A stretch of DNA of 60,552 bases, the filler included, from Hausera hauseri (taxonomy: Eukaryota), in assembly GCA_046269625.1 (NCBI GenBank). It is 11 parts of 11 records of this genome, joined end to end, with 100 filler letters (N's around TTAATTAATTAA, not from the genome) between each part and the next. Parts side by side here need not be neighbours in the genome. Positions count along the whole stretch, not along the records: positions 51,355 to 55,379 come from JBJURY010810864.1; positions 55,480 to 60,552 come from JBJURY010344380.1; 9 more parts are not named here. The stretch is one strand, 5' to 3'. The translations under genes and the position numbers were made by a program. Of this stretch, positions 51,355-60,552 are shown piece after piece (positions within the stretch are counted from its first letter, which is position 1; each line of letters begins with the position of its first letter). The notes beneath the pieces were generated by a model. It was not told the DNA's origin. It saw only the letters and a program-made list of their open reading frames with translations, and did not search any database.

Positions 51355-53916
51355 GGCAGTGATCATGATATCATGGACCCGAGTGGTTAGAGCCATTAAC
51401 GTGATCCACTATAATGGAGGATCTGCGCTGGTCAATGTTCAACCAATGTTCCCTAAAGCATTCTTTCAAAGTCCTACCAATTTCGCCTATTTACCGCATG
51501 GGGCAGGACCTACAAATAAGCGCGTATACCACATTCTGAGACAAGCAGGTAAAGTGGTGCTGTATGGTGAAAGTTCCGTTGGGGAACTGCACCGAGTCCA
51601 TCTGGAGGACATAGGGACAGGTGTGGTGAGGAGGTTCCCAGCACGGTGAAGTGCCAAGGGGGCGCCACTGGCCGTACGGAGACGGCTATGAACAAGGAGA
51701 TCTCTTAGGTTACGGTCACGTCGATAGGCGACGAGAGGCATATCCCGAAAAGCTTCCCGGTTTTCGGGGTCAGAGAGAAGGGGGAGATGACGGAAAAGAA
51801 TCCGTTTAACAGAGGCCCTGTGGGGGTGGAAAGTGAGAACAAGTTTAACCCTATCAGAGAAGCTGACGGGCCTGGATGTGAGGGCTGTAGCTCTAGAGAT
51901 CCGGCGAACACGTTGGAGGGCAGATGTCAGAAATTTTTCCGGATATAGTCTTCTACGGAAAAAATCTAACATGTCCTGAGCATGCTGGAGGAAATCCCTA
52001 TCATCCTGGCATAGTCGGTGAAGGCGTAATAGTTGAGATTAGGGGGAGAGTTGACACAGGGGAGAGGATGGGATGAGTTGTAAAGGAGGTAACTGTGGGC
52101 ATCCGTGGGCTTGTAAAAGACAGAAGTAGTAATCAGGGATGCTCGAATAGAGATAGTGATGTCAAGGAATTTGACTGATCCAGGATCAATATGGATTCAA
52201 TATATGGGTGGAAGTTACTGTCGAACTGAATGAAGCGGCGTAGGTCGCTAATCGCCATATCGGCGATGCCGAAGCCGTCGTCAATATACCGGCGGTACAG
52301 AGTAGGAAAGGGGCGCGGGTATCTCTCCCAAAAAAAGTGTTCAAGATGACCCATGAATAGGCACGCGTAGCTGGAGCCCATCTTAGTACCCATAGCTACT
52401 CTGCTGATTTGGTCAAAGAACTGGCCGTTGCACTCAAAAGAGTTCAGGGTCAGGACCAATTCAGTCAAGCGGTCGAGGGTAGTAGTGGTAATAGTGGGGT
52501 GGGACCTCCGGTCGAGAAAGAAGCTGACAGCCCGGAGGCCGTCTGAGTGAGGGATAGAAGTGTACAGAGAGCACACGTCCAGCAGGAAGAGGTGGTAGGA
52601 GCCAGAAGGGCTGAGAGTGACTGATTCTAAAGTAGTGAGGGTGTGGTTAGTGTCTTTGAGAAAGGAGGGAAGGCTCTCTACTAAGGGCTGAAAAACGCTG
52701 TCAAGGAAGTCAGAAATAAGTTCTGTCGGGCACGAGCATGCCGAGACGATAGGACGACCAGGATTGTTAGGTTTGTGGATCTTAGGAAGTAGGTAGAAAG
52801 TTGGTTTGCCGAGATTAATTTTATCAAGAAGGAGGTTATTGGCAGTATCGGGCAGGAGGTGCTGCTTGATGAGTGCAGAGACAGTAGAGTGGACGGTGGT
52901 GTTATTGTCGACGGTGGCCTCGGCAGGTCTATGTCGGTAGAATTTGGCGTCAGAGAGCTGACGTTCGGCCTCTTGGAGGTAGAGGTCCTTGCGCCAGACG
53001 ACAATGGCGCCACCTTTGTCAGCAGGTTTGATGACAATGTCATCTCTCCGGCGGAGAAGCGACAGGGCTTGGAGTTCAGCAGTATTAAGATTAGAATGTT
53101 TTAAAGGATGGAGGGGAAGTTGAAGAATATCGTGGAGAGTATTAGCAATATAAAGATCCAGCGTGCGGGAGGCTCCCGGAGCTGGGGTCCATGAAGATTT
53201 GCGTTGTGCGAAGCGAGCAAATACGTCGTCCGAGTCAGGCAGCATAGCAGAGGGATGAGAAAAGAAATGGTGCCTGAGGCGGAGGCGACGGTGGAATTTG
53301 TGGACGTCCTGGAGGAGGCAGAATTGGTCCACGGATGGTTGGAGAGAAACAAATTGGAGACCCTTACATTAAGACAGAAACCTCAGAGTCGGAGAGAGGG
53401 AGATCAGAGGGGATGCAGACAACCTGAGAACAGGGAGTGGTGGTGGGGTAGGAGGAGGGAGGAGAAGTGACAGTTTCCTCTTTAGTCAAGGAAAGGAAGT
53501 GGTATAGTTCCCGGTTGAGGGAGTGGATGATGAGTTTAGTAGGAAAGAGGACAGGGAAAGAAGTGCAGGCAAGGTGGAGTTGGTGGTGAAGGCAATCTCG
53601 ATGAATAGATAGGTCAGATAGAAAGTGTGAGTGGCATACGTTGAAACGCACACTGGAAATTAATACGGTCAAGGTGCCGGGATTCGCTGAGTAGGAGCTG
53701 TCCTACAGAGGGGAGGAATTTGGTCCGAAAGATGGGAGGAATCACTTTAGGACGAAGACAAGAGCGGATGAAGTGAAGATGACTGGCAAATCTAGTTTTT
53801 TTGTAAGTCGTGAAGGCCAGATCGATAGCGATATGGGAGAGATCAGGTGGCAAAATGCTGAAGCTAGTAGTGGTTTTAGAGCGCAAGTGGTTGAGAAAAT
53901 GTTTGAAGGAGGGCAT
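51355..53916 (-). mobile_element. Penelope-like retroelement (RT + GIY-YIG endonuclease), few frameshifts
   Basis: IKPADKGGAIVVW, FYLLPKIHK..PGRPIVS, LDVCSLYTSIP, AMGTKMG, YRRYIDD, AYRRDRNLRDLLV; NVVYALIC..IGEIGR..REH (GIY-YIG). Confidence 0.93.
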
Positions 53917-53990
53917 AGTGAGTGGTGGTAAGAAAGCAAAGGCGAGGTGAGAAAAAAACAGATAAATGTTCGTTTCTCACCTCGCCTTTG

Positions 53991-54138
53991 GAGGAATGTC
54001 ATGTGCTGCATCATCATGCCAGGATGGAAGAGGAATGTCATGTGCTGCTGCATCAACATGCCAGGTTGAAAGAGGAATATGTGCTGCATCAATTTTCTGT
54101 GCTGCATCAACTTGCCAGGATGGAAGAGGAATGTCATG
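53991..54138. repeat. Tandem repeat, about 39-42-bp unit, about 3.5 copies
   Basis: GAGGAATGTCATGTGCTGCATCA(A/T)CATGCCAGGATGGAA repeated. Confidence 0.85.
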
Positions 54139-55027
54139 ACTGAATGCCATCATAAGCTTCAGACTAGTTCTCCTACTCTATCACAATTTTGTGGATTTCC
54201 TACTCTGTATTATCAGTTTTGTGGTTTTCATACTCTGCATTGTCAGCATTATACCAACATAAGTGTTAGTTAAGTATGATGTTGTTTTTGTTTGTGGCGG
54301 GGTGGGTTTTACATTTCTTTTCAGTTTTCTGAATTTTCTGAATGATTAGTATTTTTTTATAAGTATTAAATGGGGTTTTTCTTTTTTTGTTTCATTTTCC
54401 TGAAGAAGACTTTATGATTTGCATGTTTCGTTTATTGGAGTAAGACTTTTCCAACCACTTTTTATTTCCCAACCTCATGTTGTTGAGAAACAACTTTGGA
54501 CAACTTCTAGTATGTCTTCAAGTCAACCTACCTTCACAAAGTACTGGTCAAGTTAACCCTGCCATCTGAAATTCCAGTGGAAGTGTGCTTCCTATTAGGA
54601 ACAGAAAGGGCCCTTACATTTTTCATTGACCAATGTCATGTAATTGGATATGCGGTCAGCATAATGCCAGGCCACATTTACTTTCCCAGAAAATTTCTCT
54701 GTTACCCAATTTTTGAGGCTGAGTGGACCCATGGAGCCATTTTAGTTGAAAAAAATTCAAAGCCGAACTCACAATCATATGATCAACAAATGAGTGACAA
54801 TCACATGAATATCATGCATAATTAAATACTAAAACACTGGAAGATATAGTGTATAATATTGCTAAAACAACAGAAAGTATAACATCAGCAACATTAATTA
54901 CATGTGACCTTAAAGAATACACAAAAAACTAGACAAACAAGAAACACCGATCTTACCACTCATGACAGTGGATAGTTTTGATGTGAATGGTGAAGCAATG
55001 CTTGCATCGCCTAGTTTGATTACCTGA

Positions 55028-55379
55028 GCCTTCTCTTCCTCCTCAATATCGTTCTTCACACATTTAAATCCTTCCACATAATTACCTTCTCTCCTTTTCC
55101 TCAATTTATTATTTAGCCAGGTTCTTCCTAGAACCGTGGCCATTGTGTATGAATTCGAAAGGCACTCTTCCTCAGGCTCCCTAGGCAGCATCACCAACCC
55201 AGAACCCGAATTATTTTCCAATCTGTTTATCTTTATTTGACTAGCCGGGTTCACGGATTGGTTTTTTTCCGCAAGCGAATAAAAACTCTTTAAACAGTTC
55301 AAGGAGGAAGATCCGAATACGAGGAGATCAGAAGGAAACTTCAACAAGACAAGGAGCCGTGGCCGCTGTTTGCAGATTA
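55028..55379 (-). repeat. Fragment of the BEL element 5' leader (same family as 9925-10275)
   Basis: Clear nucleotide similarity, e.g. CTCAATTTATTATTTAGCCAGGTTCTT and GGCAGCATCACCAACCC. Confidence 0.85.
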
Positions 55380-55479
55380 NNNNNNNNNNNNNNNNNNNNN
55401 NNNNNNNNNNNNNNNNNNNNNNNTTAATTAATTAANNNNNNNNNNNNNNNNNNNNNNNNNNNNNNNNNNNNNNNNNNNN
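55380..55479. other. Artificial contig linker
   Basis: N44-TTAATTAATTAA-N44. Confidence 0.98.
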
Positions 55480-55596
55480 AAATCTCCGTCGCCGAATCTG
55501 TCCGTCCGTGCGGGTGTGCGCATCAAGCACGCTTCGGATTGGCTGCATGGGGGGGGGTCCCGGGGGGTGGCGCAGGATCGGCATTTTTCCCCTACT
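55480..55596 (-). repeat. GC-rich Polinton-like terminus inserted into the glycoprotein gene
   Basis: Minus strand reads AGTAGGGGAAAAATGCCGATCC, similar to AGTAGTAGAAAGGGAATGCACCAGATC at 23792. Abrupt GC shift. Confidence 0.5.
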
Positions 55597-56755
55597 TTGT
55601 TGGTAATTTAGCTTCATGCATAATTCTTGTTTTGTGAAATATGCCACTTTCCATTGTATCAGGTAATTGATTAAGAAGTTTGGTAATACCAAAATCCTTT
55701 TCGTGTATAGATACCACTTTATATCTTCAGTTGGTAGCTTTCCTGTATTTACTAAAGTTATTTTTGTTACAAATAAATCTTCATAGGATGTAGAATAAAC
55801 TACATTCGATCCACAAGTAGATACCGCTCCTTTTCGTGCCAATACTATTCCGTCTTTATCACTCACTGACATTAAAATTTTCAAGGAAATGGTCTGCCTT
55901 AATGTTCGTGGTGTTGGTAAGCTTATATTATGATTATGCACTGGTTCTTGATATTCATCGTCGTAGTATAAATCACCTTGAACTTCATACATAGATACTT
56001 GTTTAAGGAAAGCTAGTAGACATACCATTGTTGTCCTTTCCCAAACTAATATGGATTCTCCTAGAGTGCGTACTCCATCAGCGTATATACAGGATGGTGC
56101 TGTTAACATTTTTCCTGTGATTGCATCGAAGTTTACTTTGTACTCTTTTATAGTGACGGTAAAGTCCTCTATTTGCACTACAGCGGACTGTTGCCCATTT
56201 ACAATTCTACTTTCTCCTTGACAGGCTCCACCGTATCCAGGCCATATTTTCCCGGCTGTGACTATGCTTGAATAGACTCGTTTTCCTACACCTGCCTGCA
56301 CTGGCTGTTGTAGACCTACATGAACTGAGTCTGTAGCCTTTCAACAATTTTCGGCTGTTATTGTCACAGGTTTAGGTAATCCTGGCAGAATGAATACTGA
56401 ATTCCACGAATTATGACCGCAATTGTAAGCAAATATGACTTTATTAACTTGACATTCTTTACCTACACTTGTTGGTAACTGATTCTTTGATACAGGTTGC
56501 AATTATAAGGACCTTCTTTTTTACTGATATCGGGTTTGCATTTTGGCATTTATTTATGTCAACCAGTGAAAGTCTGGCCATTATTTCTGGTCTTGAGCAA
56601 TCATAAGTTTCTAACGCTTTCGTGGTATTCAAGCTGCTCACAGATATCAAGTATTGTAGCAAATGAATGATTTGTACTATCCAGTCTGAGATATTAGTAT
56701 CTTTGGGATATATTAATATTAGGGTTAAACTTCTTGAGTGTTTCTTCCCAACCAT
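55597..56755 (-). pseudogene. Chuvirus/class III-like viral envelope glycoprotein, frameshifted and truncated
   Basis: Signal-like hydrophobic stretch, then TYDCS..LSLVDINKC, CQV..YNCGHNS, ITAENC, GGACQG, SCIYADG..ILVWE..C, CG..VYSTSYEDLFV Cys pattern. Confidence 0.7.
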
Positions 56756-59540
56756 TTTGTCGGGTCACCCATTCTTTCGTTAGCTTATCGATAATCGGCT
56801 AAATCCCTTACTACATTGTGTAACTTGGCATCGACCTCTGGTTGATTTTCAAAACTAAGGACTATGCATTATAATGCCATCAACAATCGGTTTTGATCAC
56901 ATTCCTTTAATATTCGTGTCAATGCTTTATTTAAACCTCCTTTCAATTTATATTTCTGTAATAACCTTGTAATTTGTGATAAAAAGTTTCTAGCAGTCTC
57001 GATTATGCACTGTAATAGAATTGTGGTAACTGTTGGTATCTTTTTGAGTTGGTTTGGGTTAGTTTTCTTGATTAATTCTTCCAAAAGTTCGTGGGTCGTC
57101 AATGTTACTTTTGGTACATTTGTTTCGCTCTGGTTTGATGTTCCTGGGACAGGATTTTGTACTTGCTAATTTTGATCGTCACTAATAGTGAATCGTTGGA
57201 AGTTATCATATAATATATTTTCCAATGTTTTCCGTTGTTCCCTACGTTTTTTTGACAAAGGTCTTTTCTTTCATTGCATTTCCGGTTTTTCTACTTCTTC
57301 GGGATTTTCTTCGTCATCGCTTATTGGATTAAAATCACATTTTCGTAGTCTTCCCCCTTTTTCTTAGTGCCAAATTCCATGGTAATCTGATGAAACTTTC
57401 CGGCAAGAAGTCCATAATTTACAACATAATCATTATCAATGGCTAGTCGGCCATAAACATCGGTTTTTGCTATTATACTATTTTTTAAATCTAACTCGTC
57501 TAGTACCTTCCTTCGGAGATCTGTGAATTTGGTAAACATTTCTGCTGTTACTTCGATTACTTGTTCTCGCTTATTGGTTTTGATTTCTATACTTATAATA
57601 TATGATTGCTTTCGTCTATGTTTTCGTCTTAGGTCTCTTCCTAGAGTTTTTAGTAATTTTCTTCTGCTGAAATAGAGAATACATACTTCAATAGGTGCTA
57701 AATCAATCATTTGTAATTTAGCTTTAATTATTTCAATTACCGATTTCGGAGATTTGTCATATACTATGGATCCTGGTGGAATATTCATTTCCGGGATGAT
57801 TTTTGGGTTTTCTGTTGGTGATAGTGTGATATTAGGGTACTGAATCAGATCCGCTGTAGGTATAAGTTCATCGTCTTCTAGAATTTCAAATACTTCATCT
57901 TCATCGACTACTTGTGGTTTCCTTTTGGATGTACTTGGCTGTATTGAATCCCAAATATTCTTAAATAATGTCGGTTGCTGGGGTAAAACTCTTAATTGGG
58001 AAAATGGTGCAACTAGTCTATCGATATATGGTTCTATCCATTCTCCAGTCGGCCTTGTTCTAACGAGTTCGTGTGAATATTCGTCCGAATTCATATCCGG
58101 GTGTCTTTGGGCAATTGGTTCGATTACTGGAATTGCTCTCTCCTCTTCAGTTTTCTCAAGTTTTCGTATTGCTGGAAAAGCTATTCGTAGTATTTTCTGA
58201 TTTTCTATTATCCATGGTATATTGTATTCTACTCACACAGTCTTTAGGTATTCGTCTAAACATCTTTGTGCCATAATTTCCGAGTTATGACCGTGGTATA
58301 GGTCCAAACATTTATAGGTTCTATTAATCTGTTCCAGATCGCATATGGCGGTTTATTTTTAATGTATTTAATAGTTCTGGCAAATGGCGTCCGATGATAA
58401 TTTTTCCTGGTAAATATTTATTCATAAATTCACTTACCGACTCTTGTCGCTGAGGGTTGGACCGTCTACTGTATTCAGTGTACTTGGTATTGTCCGGTAT
58501 GTTTTGGTGCACATGAATATTGAGAATTGTTTTTCCTTCTAAATTCTTCGCAGTAACTTGAGTAAGTTCTTTCTGGTCTCCTTTGGTTACGCACCTACCT
58601 GTAAGAATTATTTCTCTATCCCGGGCTATAGGTTCTTCCGTAGTTGATATAGGCACTTTCTTAAGCATTTGTATTAAGTATATCGGGCTGTTATCTAAGG
58701 ATTGAACATGCCATTCTCCTTCATAGGGATAATTAAGAAATATCTTAGTTTCTTTAGAAACTATCACTGCTTTTTTGTTGATTTGTCACCGGGCTTTCCC
58801 TTGGTTAGTAATTATAGTGCATGGCGGGTCGTTTCTTTTTATCTGGATATCAGTTTTCTTTAGATAGACTTATCAATACCTTTCATACAAACTGTTTCTT
58901 GTTTGTCAATTTCTGCAAACTATATCCAGTTAGATTTCTTATCATTGAATATCTTATCCCAATTTTGAATTATATCTATGTCCATACGCTGTAATGTTGC
59001 TTCTGGAATTTGAGTAGTATTGCATGTTATTTCTCGTTGAGAGTATCTGTCATCTGTAAACAAAGGTTTGCTTGGAAAAATATAATATGAATATCCTTGA
59101 CGATTAAGTTTTGTTTTATATTCCTGACGTATGTTAATTAATTGCCGGGATAATGTACCTTCTCTTTTCCATTGATCATTTGGTAGGTTGAAATTCTGAT
59201 CTGTACTAAACATACCAAATATATCTCTATCCTTTAATTGTATTTGTTTAAACAACCAAGGTAATTCTACTCCAACAATAAATTTTCCACAGAATAGTTG
59301 TCTCAGATCTTCATAACATTTGTCTTTTTCTAAGTATACATTTTCTAAGTTAACTACTAAATTGCCTTCGACGTTCTCTATTCTCATTTGGTTGATCTCA
59401 GATTCCTGCACCTCTTCAGTGGTTTTTTCTATAGATTTTTGTTTTCTTTGGTTTCTGGCCATAACAGGTAAGGGTGTGGATTATTTTGAATATCTGGTAA
59501 CCTTCGTTCCGCTTGGTCCAAGTAATTTCTTGTTATGAAG
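56756..59540 (-). pseudogene. Long broken ORF upstream of the glycoprotein with degenerate DEDDh (REX4/ISG20-like) exonuclease domain(s); probable retroelement accessory polyprotein
   Basis: Co-directional ORF fragments. ELTQVTAKNLEGKTILNIHV..YLPGKIIIGRHL..L.TLKI..GHNSEIMAQRCLDEY, and an earlier LFCGKFIVGVEL. Confidence 0.5.
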
Positions 59541-60552
59541 GGTTTTTCTAAGATAGAGATGTTGTGTGATGGTTTGATGCGATTTGATGGTGTTCTACTA
59601 TTGGTTTTTCCATTAATGGGCCCGTAAAAGCTAATTTAGTTTGTTCGTTGAAAGTTACTGAGCGGCGGGTGAGACGCTCCTTTTGTCGCTATTAATTTTC
59701 CTATTGGACGAAAAGTTTCCTTTTTTCTTTGAAGCTTTTGCAACAGAAACTATTAGAAAAACTCGGTCATTCACATTAAAGTTTACTTCTGTTTTCCACA
59801 TCTCGCACGTTGCATCAACACTCGACATAAACAACAACTGAAACAGATCTGTGGGGGGTTCGACGCCGAGACAGAATCGAGCCTATTTGCAGTGTGAAAG
59901 TGAAAGATGGTTGTGGTGACTTTGTTAGTAAAGACGAATCCATTTCCTCTAAAGGTGACATCTGCACGTACACAATGCGGACGCAGAAATCTGCACAAAC
60001 GCACTCTGCCGAGTCACAGAGAGGACCAAAGAGCGCAAAAAGCAGTCGGCTGTTCGCCTCAAAGTCTTCCGATGCTCGCTGTGCATGACGCTGCAGTGTG
60101 AACCAGGTTTCAAAGGTGCTGCTGAATCAGCTGGACGTGAAACCATTTCAGGTAATGTGCTTGAAACTGCTGATGGCAGATTCTGAGCACTGCTGTGACA
60201 TCAGAAACAGGGTAGAAGGTAAGGGGTTAAAGTGTGGAGACAACAAAGAGACGAGCTGACCGCACCAACATCTGATCAGATTCAGAAGTGTCATGTAGAC
60301 CAACAGTTTTGGCCTCCTTTTTTGGGGTTTGCACAGAAGACTGCAGTAGGTGCCATTCAGTAAATCTCTCTGATGCCCCGCCATTTTTTCTTCTTCTCCT
60401 TTTTAGTGGTGAAAGGGCGCAGCTATATTTGTTTGTCATCTGGTGGCTTTTTTTTTTTCAACTGAAACAAGAGGCTTAACTACAGATGTCCTTATTAGTA
60501 ACTATTTAGTTCCGGTGCCTAAGGTTTACCTCCACAAGGTTGTGTTCTCAGT

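Noticed and set aside
53742-54143. His/Met-rich repeat peptides
   Set aside because: These are translations of a tandem DNA repeat that is open on both strands.
54396-54450. Hammerhead ribozyme upstream of the Penelope element (CTGAAGA ... TTTCG)
   Set aside because: The two core motifs are on opposite strands and no convincing stems were found by eye.
59650-60400. Possible hAT/BED-finger transposase remnant on the plus strand
   Set aside because: Only faint fragments (ICSVK..CG, GFK/VLLNQLD) are visible, too degraded to support a call.

Overview
This is eukaryotic (metazoan-like, AT-rich, repeat-dense) DNA, not one locus. Eleven short contigs are joined by ten artificial 100-bp linkers (N44-TTAATTAATTAA-N44), so adjacency across linkers means nothing. 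Most of the sequence is decayed mobile DNA: four Polinton/Maverick pPolB copies with several AGTAG-type termini, a BEL/Pao element with an iMet PBS and 5' LTR, three Gypsy remnants, a Penelope-like element, hAT, Tc1, mariner, maT and Tigger DNA transposons, and an RTE LINE tail. Broken host-gene copies are also present: CDC5L, a DEAH helicase, Scribble LRR, DC-STAMP/DCST, LicD-family and spectrin-repeat. The most notable signal is that two diverged Gypsy elements on different contigs both carry a ubiquitin-like domain ending in di-glycine (LLGG / RFRGG) fused in frame to the N-terminus of Gag. Other notable items are a cassette of catalytically dead DEDDh-exonuclease-like domains followed by a chuvirus-like glycoprotein, an intact RING ORF directly before a PPT and LTR, and a variable cargo slot between Polinton PolB and the TIR. 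All homology calls come from reading motifs by eye; no searches were run.
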